A stretch of DNA of 64,000 bases from a candidate division FCPU426 bacterium (GCA_963771075.1 CAVYSE010000028.1:96001-160000); one strand, 5' to 3'; counted from the stretch's first letter, positions 10,194-18,284 are shown. Numbers and translations: made by a program. The notes: generated by a model from the sequence alone, not told the origin.

Positions 10194-11561
10194 ATGAGAA
10201 GAATGAAAAGCGTGAATGGCTCTAACAAATATCTTTTTTTAGGTCTTTTTCTTCTTCTCTTCGTTTTGCGCACGGCCTTCGGCTTGAGCGACGAATTCAT
10301 GGAAAACGACCGTCTTCAAACCTACCTGATCGGTTTGAAATGGTATTGTACGGGCGATTGGCCTTATTTCGGGCCCGACCTGGTTTTCTTGAGCACCCTG
10401 CGGGGCCAGATTCCCGGGGCCTTGGAATCTTTCGTCGTGGGCGGGCCCTTCTTCGTCCTTCCCATCCCCGAAGCTCCCTTTCTTTTCCTCAATCTCCTTT
10501 CCCTTTCTTCCATTGCCCTTTTGAGCTGGTATCTTTCCAAGCGGATCTTATCCATCCCTTTCCTTTTCATCTTCGCCTGGATTTCCCTCCTCCCCTGGAC
10601 CCTGAACCAATCCACCTGGGTTTTGAACCCGAGTTACCTGCTTTTCGGAAGCGTGATCTTTTCCATTGGGCTAATGGAAGCCATTCCCGCCCTTTCCATC
10701 CAATTCCTGAAACCCGCCCAGGCCCTGGCCTGGATGGGATTCGGGCTCTGTTGGGACATGCAGTTTCATTTTTCGTGGATACTATTGGCGCCCTATGTGC
10801 CCATCGCGCTTTTGTTATATAGCCGGAAGGCGGGTTGGGGCCAGGTCCCGAAGCTTTTGTTTTATTTCGGCTTGGGCGCCCTGGTACCCGGGTCCTTGAT
10901 CCTTCCGACCCTGATTCGCTACGGCTGGCACTGCCTTTTTACAGGCGAAAGCACCTTCATTCTTTTCAACTTGGATCATGCCCTGTCCTTTTTTACCATG
11001 TTGGCCCGCTACCTTTCCCTGGCCTGTTACGAGATTCCCCGTTTTGTCGGGAACCACACAAGCGACCGATGGGAGTTCCTGACGGTAAAGGACCCCTGGT
11101 TGTTCCCCTTCGCGATGTTTCTGCTCCTCGTGGGATGGATCCAGCCCCTTGTGATGCTATGGAAGGGAGGCATTCAACCTCTTCTTTCCCTCCCAAAGCG
11201 AATCCCGAATGGCGGTCGCCCGGGTGAGATGCCGGTTTTATGGCTCGCTTGGTCCGCGTTTTTCTTGTATTACATCAGTTTTTGGTTCACTCAAAAGGAA
11301 CCCTTCGCCCATATCGCTTACGTCTATTTCCCTATCGTGACCGTCTTCTCTTTTTATATCTGGGACCGGTTCACCCCCCAACCCTTTTGGAGGAAATTCG
11401 GGGTCCTTTGCCTGACGGCCGGTTTCTTTTTACAAACGGGACTAACGCTCTATTGGATCCCCCGGCGGTCCCTTTACCTCAACCGAAACCAGGTGGTCCA
11501 ATCCATCCAAGAGAAAAATTACCACATTCTGGGCGAGCGCAGGCCCGGCGCCCTTTATTAA
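10194..11561 (+). CDS. Polytopic membrane protein (possibly GT-C-like), paralogue A
   Basis: 455 aa with many TM segments; paralogue at 18285-19652. Confidence 0.8.
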   Translation: MRRMKSVNGSNKYLFLGLFLLLFVLRTAFGLSDEFMENDRLQTYLIGLKWYCTGDWPYFGPDLVFLSTLRGQIPGALESFVVGGPFFVLPIPEAPFLFLNLLSLSSIALLSWYLSKRILSIPFLFIFAWISLLPWTLNQSTWVLNPSYLLFGSVIFSIGLMEAIPALSIQFLKPAQALAWMGFGLCWDMQFHFSWILLAPYVPIALLLYSRKAGWGQVPKLLFYFGLGALVPGSLILPTLIRYGWHCLFTGESTFILFNLDHALSFFTMLARYLSLACYEIPRFVGNHTSDRWEFLTVKDPWLFPFAMFLLLVGWIQPLVMLWKGGIQPLLSLPKRIPNGGRPGEMPVLWLAWSAFFLYYISFWFTQKEPFAHIAYVYFPIVTVFSFYIWDRFTPQPFWRKFGVLCLTAGFFLQTGLTLYWIPRRSLYLNRNQVVQSIQEKNYHILGERRPGALY

Positions 11562-11582
11562 GAACCGCGAACAAATACCTAA

Positions 11583-11670
11583 TTTCGCCACAGAAACGCG
11601 GAGATACAGTTAAGAATTTGTAACCCCCCAAAAATGAACAAGATTTAAAAACTGTGCCTCTGTGGTGAAA
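11583..11670. repeat. Intergenic palindromic repeat
   Basis: Imperfect inverted arms TTTCGCCACAGAAAC ... GCCTCTGTGGTGAAA. Confidence 0.55.
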
Positions 11671-11698
11671 GGGGTCTTGTTACTGTCTTTTAACCAAG

Positions 11699-11977
11699 AT
11701 GAGCCGGATCATTTATTCCCTGTATAAGGACTATTCGACAGGGCGTTATTCTCTCGCTGAAATAACTAAGAGGTACTGGAATAAAGGGTTGGTGGTCCGG
11801 AAAAGCAAAAAGATTCTTTCCAAGAGTACGGTTTATAAAATTCTAACTAACCGGATGTATACGGGGGTGTTCCAATGGAGAGATATAAATTACCGGGGTA
11901 AGTACAAGCCTATCATTCCGCAAAAACTTTGGGATAAAACCCAGAAGGTAATGGAAAAACACTTCAAGTTAAGATAA
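11699..11977 (+). pseudogene. Isolated 'recombinase' DNA-binding domain of a large serine recombinase (catalytic domain absent)
   Basis: YSTGRYSLAEI...LSKSTVYKILTNRMYTG...YRGKYKPIIPQKLWDKTQ matches the PF07508-type pattern. An in-frame TGA at 11666-11668 excludes an upstream catalytic domain. Confidence 0.8.
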
Positions 11978-11991
11978 TCAGTAGTACTGAG

Positions 11992-12019
11992 TGTTCCTTT
12001 TGGGTCCCCGTCGCGGACA
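11992..12019 (+). repeat. 28-bp putative recombination site 1
   Basis: TGTTCCTTTTGGG-TC-CCCGTCGCGGACA; right arm conserved, left arm degenerate; 14 bp after the recombinase-domain stop. Confidence 0.75.
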
Positions 12020-12046
12020 GCCCGTTTGGACTAGATTTACAATTCC

Positions 12047-12322
12047 CTAGGACGTTTCATTTACTCTAAGACCCTTAAGTTTCACGGCAACCGACTTCAA
12101 TATTTCAGGCCGGGGATAGTTATAGACGCCTATCACTTTCTCTATACTGGCTAAATGATTGACGACTTGATCAATCGACTTATTTTTCAAAATTATTTTT
12201 ATAATTCCCGGGATATAAACGTCATATTCATCATGAGCATTCGGCTGATCTGAAACTCCGATTGGATCCCAATCACGAATTAAAATTTCATGTATTTTTT
12301 TAAATAATTCTTCGTTTTTCAT
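12047..12322 (-). CDS. Small AT-rich protein, DUF1871-like (cassette gene 1)
   Basis: MKNEELF...DWDPIGV...DEYDVY; fills most of the interval between sites 1 and 2. Confidence 0.75.
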   Translation of the reverse strand: MKNEELFKKIHEILIRDWDPIGVSDQPNAHDEYDVYIPGIIKIILKNKSIDQVVNHLASIEKVIGVYNYPRPEILKSVAVKLKGLRVNETS

Positions 12323-12351
12323 TTCATACTCTTGCTTTTTATTTCCGAGCA

Positions 12352-12379
12352 TGTCCAATGCGGGTCCCCGTCGTGGACA
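12352..12379 (+). repeat. 28-bp putative recombination site 2
   Basis: TGTCCAATGCGGG-TC-CCCGTCGTGGACA. Confidence 0.8.
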
Positions 12380-12397
12380 GCTTTAAAACCCAACTTT

Positions 12398-12745
12398 TTA
12401 ATACTTCCTGTGACAACTTGAACATTTATTTAAGTGACCAGAAACAGCCTTTAATATCCAATACGAAACATTCCAATTGAGCCTTTTCCCACAGTGGGGA
12501 CAAGCAAAACGGACCATTGGCCAGAAGCCAAGAAACATGAGTACTGCGAAACAAATTTCCAAGCAAATAGAAGTCGGATCGCTTTTCAACATTGAGCTTG
12601 GGAAGTGTTTTGAAAAAGAATAAATCAATAAAAATAAGATGCCCATTGTAGCAAAAAACCAAACTACAGTTTTTCGAACATTAGCCAAAGTCGCTTTTCG
12701 TACGGAGAGCATTTCTAATAAGATGAATTTAGAGCGATTCGCCAT
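12398..12745 (-). CDS. Small 2-TM protein with C-terminal zinc ribbon (cassette gene 2)
   Basis: Two hydrophobic segments, then CPHC...CSSC; RBS-like GAAAGGTG before the ATG; AT-rich. Confidence 0.7.
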   Translation of the reverse strand: MANRSKFILLEMLSVRKATLANVRKTVVWFFATMGILFLLIYSFSKHFPSSMLKSDPTSICLEICFAVLMFLGFWPMVRFACPHCGKRLNWNVSYWILKAVSGHLNKCSSCHRKY

Positions 12746-12767
12746 TGGTCACCTTTCTAAAATCTAT

Positions 12768-12795
12768 TGTCCACGACGGGTCCCCGTCGTGGACA
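12768..12795 (+). repeat. 28-bp putative recombination site 3 (perfect palindrome)
   Basis: TGTCCACGACGGG-TC-CCCGTCGTGGACA: perfect 13-bp inverted arms around a TC dinucleotide. Confidence 0.85.
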
Positions 12796-12852
12796 CCTAA
12801 AACCCTTAATAAACTCTATTTTATCCTTTTTGTCGAAATGACGGCAGAATAC

Positions 12853-12878
12853 TTGACATAATGTCTCATATATGAGAC
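12853..12878 (+). promoter_or_regulatory. Likely TA promoter -35 box and autoregulatory operator
   Basis: TTGACA at 12853-12858, then the perfect 16-bp palindrome GTCTCATATATGAGAC (12863-12878) just before the toxin start. Confidence 0.65.
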
Positions 12879-12887
12879 TTTTATTAA

Positions 12888-13205
12888 GTGATATCAACAC
12901 TGCCACAATGCGTGAAAGAGATCGCAGAATTCCCCCAAGATGTACGGGAAGATCTCGCCGACGCTTTAGCACGATTGGATGAAGGTCACACGCTTTCCAT
13001 GCCCCTGTCCCGGCCGATGCCTTCAATTGGAAAGGGTGTACATGAATTGAGATTCAGGGATCGTGCAGGAATTTATCGGGTGATCTATATTTTGGTTGGC
13101 GCGGGAATCATTTATTTGGTTCATGCATTTGTGAAAAAAGACAAGAAGACGCCGATGCCGAATATTGATTTGGCGAAAAGACGCTTAAAGGAAGTGAAAA
13201 GATGA
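12888..13205 (+). CDS. Type II toxin, RelE/ParE (HigB/Gp49-like) family
   Basis: MPLSRPMPSIGKGVHELR...GIYRVIY...LVHAFVKK..KTP; toxin-first order with an ATGA overlap. Confidence 0.9.
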   Translation: MISTLPQCVKEIAEFPQDVREDLADALARLDEGHTLSMPLSRPMPSIGKGVHELRFRDRAGIYRVIYILVGAGIIYLVHAFVKKDKKTPMPNIDLAKRRLKEVKR

Positions 13206-13489
13206 AACATAAAAGTACGGCGGTTGAAATTGCGAAATTGGTAGGTATTTCTCCAGCGAGAGGAATGGAGGCTATTATCAAAGCACAACTGATAACAGCT
13301 GTTTTGCAAGCCATTCAAGTTAAGAAAATGACTCATCAGGAACTCGCTAAGCGCGCAAAGCTCCCCAGGAGCGCCGTGACGGGTATTCTTTCTGGCAGTT
13401 TGCAGAAGGTCACCATTGATCGAGTTCTGAGACTCATTGAAGCGGCGGGTCTTATCGCGGAGATTCGAATCAGAAAATCTGCCGCCTAA
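13202..13489 (+). CDS. XRE-family HTH antitoxin
   Basis: MTHQELAKRAKLPRSAVTGILSG...TIDRVL HTH; translationally coupled to the toxin. Confidence 0.88.
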   Translation: MKHKSTAVEIAKLVGISPARGMEAIIKAQLITAVLQAIQVKKMTHQELAKRAKLPRSAVTGILSGSLQKVTIDRVLRLIEAAGLIAEIRIRKSAA

Positions 13490-13623
13490 AGAAAGTTCTG
13501 GGGGAACATTACCGAATAAAAACAAAGATAGCATGTATGGGCCAGCGACCTGCGTAGTAGCTTGATCAATAGTAGCTGATCAAAAACGCGGGTTGCTCCT
13601 GTTAAGGAGCCTGAACATTGGGG

Positions 13624-13895
13624 TCACCTATGAAAAAGAATGTCCAGGCAAAAGCGTAGTATCACGGCCCCAAGTCCAACCTGAGTCTCAAAGGACTACA
13701 AGTCAGTCACCTATTCGCGGTTGTTTCACCGCACGATAACGTTGGACCCGGCCGCTCAATCACCTATGAAAAAGAATGTCCAGGCAAAAGCGTAGTATCA
13801 CGGCCCCAAGTCCAACCTGAGTCTCAAAGGACTACAAGTCAGTCACCTATTCGCGGTTGTTTCACCGCACGATAACGTTGGACCCGGCCGCTCAA
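13624..13895 (-). repeat. Perfect tandem duplication, 2 x 136 bp, in the IS 3' non-coding region
   Basis: 13624-13759 and 13760-13895 are identical by inspection; TCA continues at 13896-13898. Confidence 0.95.
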
Positions 13896-13953
13896 TCAGG
13901 CCAAGGACCTCAACTCTTGCGGGTTGTGTCAGACCCCGTCGGAGCTGGCCGGG
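13805..13953 (-). ncRNA. Predicted bridge/seek RNA of the IS1111 element
   Basis: Two stem-closed loops. Target loop guides GGGGTC and TTGGCCTGA match the flanks GACC-TGA-CCCC. Donor loop guides GTTATC and ATAGGTGA match the junction ATAGG-TGA-TAAC. Boundaries approximate. Confidence 0.75.
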
Positions 13954-14951
13954 CAGTCCTCAAAAGCTTCCTTCTTTCGTAACATATGAAAGATGCTTTT
14001 CAGCATAGCCCTTGCTACTGCTATTCGTCCCGCGTTATTCCCATGCTTCTTCTTCACCCTCGTGTATAAGGTCCCATACCGTCGGGTTTTGCGAATGGCA
14101 TGAAGCGAGTTCTCAACCAATATCCAGCGAATCCATTTAGAACCCTGTTTGGTGATGTGGCCGTTGTGGCTTTTTCCCCCTGATGCGTGAACACTGGGGA
14201 CCAATCCACCATAAGAACATAGATGTTCCGCGTCCGGGAACCGGCGAATATCCCCAATCTCGCTCAAAATTAATAAAGCCGAAAAGGCACCCACGCCTGG
14301 CATGGTCATCATCAGCTGGGCTTCCGGGCTTTCTGCTGCCATTTTCTTGATCACCTCTTCTGATTTGGCGATCTCTTGGCCTAGTTCCCGGATTACTTCC
14401 ATATATCCGTCCAGTTCCAAACGGTAGCAAGGCCGGGTACCTACCGTGGCAAGTTCGCGGAAGTTCTTTATTCCGAATCGGTTTTTAGTAACGGGTTCGA
14501 TTCCCGCCTTGGTCATGACCGAAGTCATCCGGTTTTTGGCTTGTGTTCTCAATTGCACCAGGGAAGCCCGGTACCTAAGGATTTCCCGTAAGTCGCGGAT
14601 CTCTCGGGGTGGCACATAGGCTCGTGGCAGCAGATCCACCCGCAAAAGTTGAGCCAGGATTCCCGAATCAATTTTATCCGTCTTGATCTTGGCCGAGGCT
14701 ATGGCTTTGACCTTTTGGGGGTGGGCCAATACCAGGTTGGGGAATCGATCCTCGATGAGTTCGTAAAAGTGATACCAATGACCTGTGGCTTCTACTACGA
14801 CCTGGCTACTCACGGGTTGCTTCTTGAAATAAGCCTTTAAAGTATCCGCGTCGTTCTTCAGATCGACTTGTTCCAGCACCTTTCCTTTCTCATTCACTCT
14901 CGTGACGTAGGATGTTTTCTGGTGTAGGTCTACTCCGATATACTGTCCCAC
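13929..14951 (-). CDS. IS110-family DEDD transposase/recombinase
   Basis: IGVDLH, VVVEATG, KIKTDKIDS, MPGVG, YGGLVPSVHASGG, GHITKQG; RBS AGGAGG upstream of GTG. Confidence 0.97.
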   Translation of the reverse strand: MGQYIGVDLHQKTSYVTRVNEKGKVLEQVDLKNDADTLKAYFKKQPVSSQVVVEATGHWYHFYELIEDRFPNLVLAHPQKVKAIASAKIKTDKIDSGILAQLLRVDLLPRAYVPPREIRDLREILRYRASLVQLRTQAKNRMTSVMTKAGIEPVTKNRFGIKNFRELATVGTRPCYRLELDGYMEVIRELGQEIAKSEEVIKKMAAESPEAQLMMTMPGVGAFSALLILSEIGDIRRFPDAEHLCSYGGLVPSVHASGGKSHNGHITKQGSKWIRWILVENSLHAIRKTRRYGTLYTRVKKKHGNNAGRIAVARAMLKSIFHMLRKKEAFEDCPASSDGV

Positions 14952-15094
14952 GGCTGCACCTCCTAAGCGTTTTGCACCACCTGCAAAGGTGAGTGCCTTT
15001 TCGACTCTGGGTTTATCCTAGAGCCTCGTCCCACTTAAGTGGAGACGCTCTACGCTTGGAGCTCTGCAGCCTTTTTCATGTTATCAGGTCTTTA

Positions 15095-15185
15095 TTTTAT
15101 ATTATCTATCCGGGCCTTGAACCGCGTCTCTCCCTCCATCCGCTTCTTTATTATCGCTATCCGGTTCCCCACGGCCGAAGAAGAA
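15095..15185 (-). pseudogene. Remnant C-terminal tail of a REP-associated (Y1) transposase-like gene
   Basis: Manual translation SSAVGNRIAIIKKRMEGETRFKARIDNIK* resembles the ORF at 18022-18216 (ASAVGNRWLTMKKRIRED); the stop is followed by AGACC-TGACCCC once the IS is removed. Confidence 0.55.
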
Positions 15186-15666
15186 AAAAGGCGCCTGGCC
15201 AACATTCAACACTTTAAGCCGTTCATTCCCCTGGAGTCATTGATCATCGTACTCCTGGAATCTCCCTGGCGCCCTTCAGGAAATCAGTTTACAGTTCGCC
15301 CCAATAGCTCATGGCAATTGGGATCACCAAACCACGCCTCTCACCTTGAAGGTTCGAGGCAGGAGACAGTTCGCAGCCCATAAACGGCAGAAAAACTGCA
15401 ACATTATTGACCGATTTTGACCCTTTAGGCCTGTTCCCCACCCAAATATTCGCTTTCATTCGATTTTCCAATTGACGCACAAAAGCATAGCTATTAGTTA
15501 TTAGCTGTTAGCGTTTAGCTGCGGCCTAAACCAAGAGCAAGAAGCTAACACCTTAGGGGAGAATTCCATTAGTTGGCGGTCGACAGTCGACGGTCGGCAG
15601 TTAGGCCTTTAAAGCTGGCTGTCGACAGTGGGCTGTGGACTGTCGACGGCCTTTGGAGGCTCCGCT

Positions 15667-18033
15667 ATGTCACAATCCCCATCTACCCCCGGTACACCCG
15701 AAGAATCGCCAAAAGCAAACCCGCCCGAAATCCTGGTCGTTTCCCTGGACCAGATGCTGGTCGTGCCGGAGGACAACCCCCGGGGGGCCTACCCCCAGCA
15801 AGATGTCTTGGACATGGCCCGAACCCTCAAGCAGTCCGGACAGGAGGATCCCATCCTCCTGAGGCGCCGGACGCCCGAGGAAAGGGCTCAGGCCCACCCG
15901 GACATTCCCTATCGGCTGGTAGGGGGATTCCTCCGTGTTGCCGCCGCCCCCCTGGCGGGCCTGGCCGCCCTTGAAGCCATTGTGCGGGATATGACCCCCC
16001 AAAAGGCACTGCAAGCCGCAATCCTGGACAATGTTCGTAAAGACATGAATTGGCTGGCCTGGGCCCAATCCGCCGATAGCCTGATTAAGGACGGAATGAA
16101 GCTCCAAGAAGCCTCCGATGCACTTGCGAAAGATGCCTCATGGGTCGGAAAACTGCTAAAACTGTTGTCATTATTGGATTTTCCAACACGCCAGCTCATT
16201 TCGGAAAATTTCCGGAAAAAGGACGGTTACGACCTTCCGGAATCCCATGCCCACTGTTTGGAAGACCTGGCGACCGGGGGGCCAAACGATCAGGTTCTTA
16301 TAGGTAATGCCATACGAGTGGTAATAGACCGCCAAATGCCTTTTGAACTTGTGAAAAAGCTGGTCGAATGGATCCAAAAGGGAAACAGCCCTGAAAGCTT
16401 CCCCCAAGACGGCAAAACAGAGGTCAAGAAGGGGGTTAAAAACCAGAGGTTCGACCCCGCCGACCCCCTGGCCAAGCTTTGGCAAGACCTGCCCCGCACC
16501 ATCAAGGTGCGTCCGACACCCAAGGGCTATAAGGCGGTACTGGCCCTTTCTAAAGACGAAGCGGTACTGGCCCTTTATGGCGCCCTGGGCACGGTGGAGG
16601 AGGCCAAGAGGCTTCAAGGCCAGCCCCATGACCCCCGGTTCGCGGCTGCTTTGGCTGACCTCATTCCTGGAGGTAGGCCTGGTGGAATTCTGAATGCGTC
16701 CTTTCCGGCCTCCCCCGCCAGCCTGGGCCTGGGCTCCTGGCTTAAAGGGGTATGGGCGGCATGGATGGGCAGTCTTAAAGCTGGCGGTCCGAAGACACCA
16801 GCTGACAGCCCACAGTCGTCGGTCGACAGCACGCCAAACCCCGGGACAATGGAAAAAACTATATGGGAACTCTTGGCGGGGATCCCTATCACCGCCAAGA
16901 TAAGGGCCAAAGTCAAGAAGGGGGAAAGGCCGACCTTTTGGGAAGTTCTCATCCTCCTTTTAGCCATCCTTGGGATGTTTTTGGGCTTGCTGGGGAAATA
17001 CCTTTGGAAATTTGCCCAGGGGGGTTGGCGTTTGGCGAAGACCTTCCTCGGAAAGGCCTTCCGGCTCCTGGGGGAGGTGGTAGGCAAGCCCGCCAAGAAA
17101 ATAACCCAGGGCGTGGTGGGTATCGCCTTGGTAGTGGGCCTGGCTTATGGGCTCTATCTATTCTTCTTCCACCCGGCAGGGCTAAGGGGCTTGTTGAGCC
17201 GGACCGCCTCCGGGGCAATCCATTGGGTAGGGTCTTGGGTAAACCCTTGGGAAGGCGATACGCACACCGATTCCCCTAAGGAATCGGTGCAATCAAGTCA
17301 TGGGCCTCAACCCGAAGTTTCGGCCCAGATGAAGCCAGAGTCGGTACCTACGCCTGGTCTGAAACCTCCGGTTTCGGACCAAGCCTTGGCAGTACCCATA
17401 TCTAAATCAGATATGGGTACCCCTGTTCCCACGCCTGAGGTTTTTAAAACTAAGCGCCTAAAACTCAAAACTTCTAAATCTCTGAAAAAGTCCATTCCGG
17501 TGGCAGTGGTTTCAACGCAAAACTCAACACCTAAAACTGAGAACGCGGCCCCATCGGGCCAGTCCCAGTTGGACCTTCTCAACCAAATCAACGCGGAATC
17601 AAAAACCGCCCAGGCTTTCGCCCAGGCCTTTTACGCGGCGGATTATAACGACCTGTTGGGCAGGAGAACCAAACTCAACAAATATTTGAGGCCAGGCTAT
17701 TCCGGCGCTTTTTTCAAAGCCTTTCCAACCGGTTTGAAGATCAAGGAAATCGGCGAACATAAGCTGGTTGAAAGTTTCAAACCCTCGGGCGACGCGAAAC
17801 TGTTGAGGTCGGACGATCAATCGGAGGAATTCCAAGTGGAGGGCACCTTGGTCACCCGGAGTGAGATGGATATTACGGACCCCGTCACCACCCAAAAACC
17901 CGCGGGGCTCGTGATTGACCTCTCCCGTGAGCCGGAGTCGAAGGGGCTGGTGACCGGGGTGAGGGAAATGGTTTTTCCGGGAAAAAAGGTCAGCCCGGAA
18001 ATACAGGGGCCAGGCCAACATTTAACACTTTGA
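15667..18033 (+). CDS. ParB-like N-terminal domain fused to TM segments and a possible VirB8/TcpC-like C-terminal domain
   Basis: NPRG...LKQSGQEDPI...YRLVGGFLRVAAA...AILDNVRKDM plus HTH; two TM stretches; C-terminal AFAQAFY..DY..L pattern. RBS GGAGG before ATG 15667. Confidence 0.65.
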   Translation: MSQSPSTPGTPEESPKANPPEILVVSLDQMLVVPEDNPRGAYPQQDVLDMARTLKQSGQEDPILLRRRTPEERAQAHPDIPYRLVGGFLRVAAAPLAGLAALEAIVRDMTPQKALQAAILDNVRKDMNWLAWAQSADSLIKDGMKLQEASDALAKDASWVGKLLKLLSLLDFPTRQLISENFRKKDGYDLPESHAHCLEDLATGGPNDQVLIGNAIRVVIDRQMPFELVKKLVEWIQKGNSPESFPQDGKTEVKKGVKNQRFDPADPLAKLWQDLPRTIKVRPTPKGYKAVLALSKDEAVLALYGALGTVEEAKRLQGQPHDPRFAAALADLIPGGRPGGILNASFPASPASLGLGSWLKGVWAAWMGSLKAGGPKTPADSPQSSVDSTPNPGTMEKTIWELLAGIPITAKIRAKVKKGERPTFWEVLILLLAILGMFLGLLGKYLWKFAQGGWRLAKTFLGKAFRLLGEVVGKPAKKITQGVVGIALVVGLAYGLYLFFFHPAGLRGLLSRTASGAIHWVGSWVNPWEGDTHTDSPKESVQSSHGPQPEVSAQMKPESVPTPGLKPPVSDQALAVPISKSDMGTPVPTPEVFKTKRLKLKTSKSLKKSIPVAVVSTQNSTPKTENAAPSGQSQLDLLNQINAESKTAQAFAQAFYAADYNDLLGRRTKLNKYLRPGYSGAFFKAFPTGLKIKEIGEHKLVESFKPSGDAKLLRSDDQSEEFQVEGTLVTRSEMDITDPVTTQKPAGLVIDLSREPESKGLVTGVREMVFPGKKVSPEIQGPGQHLTL

Positions 18034-18216
18034 GATCTTCTGTGCGAGTTTTTTGTCTTCCCTGATCCTCTTCTTCATCGTCAACCATCGATTTCCCACC
18101 GCGCTGGCCCCAACCCCCATTCGTTCTCCTATAATCCTGGAACTAAGCCCCGCTTTCTTCTTCAACGCATATATCGCTACATCCCTCGCTTCCGATCGCC
18201 TTTTCCCGGCTTTCAC
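18022..18216 (-). pseudogene. DnaA-C-like HTH tail of a REP-associated (Y1) transposase, fragment
   Basis: ARDVAIYALKKKAGLSSRIIGERMGVGASAV; flanked by TGGCCCC motifs at 18006-18012 (minus) and 18231-18237 (plus). Confidence 0.6.
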
Positions 18217-18284
18217 ATGCTATCTTTATTTGGCCCCTTTATTTTGGTTAATTTTTAGTCGTTCCCATTAAAATTCATTAAAAT

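Larger units (their letters stand above)
13627..15086 (-). mobile_element. IS110-family element, IS1111 type
   Basis: Minus-strand left end TGATAAC-ATGAAAAAG and right end CTTTTTCAT-AGG (sub-terminal IRs 7 and 3 bp from the ends); TGA core at both junctions; circle junction would form TGGACA-N17-TAACAT. Confidence 0.9.

Noticed and set aside
11992..12795. Classical integron attC sites or Xer/dif (pdif) modules
   Set aside because: No RYYYAAC...GTTRRRY cores and no IntI gene. An 11-6-11 parse is possible, but the arms are GC-rich and unlike XerC/XerD boxes.
12757..13026. 89-aa minus-strand ORF crossing site 3
   Set aside because: Antisense to the toxin gene and its promoter, with no motif support.
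13624..13895. CRISPR array
   Set aside because: Two contiguous 136-bp copies with no spacers and no cas genes; the repeat lies within an IS end.
15285..15310. tRNA 3'-end/att remnant (CCTGAAGGGCGCCA on the minus strand)
   Set aside because: Too short, with no T-loop consensus or cloverleaf.
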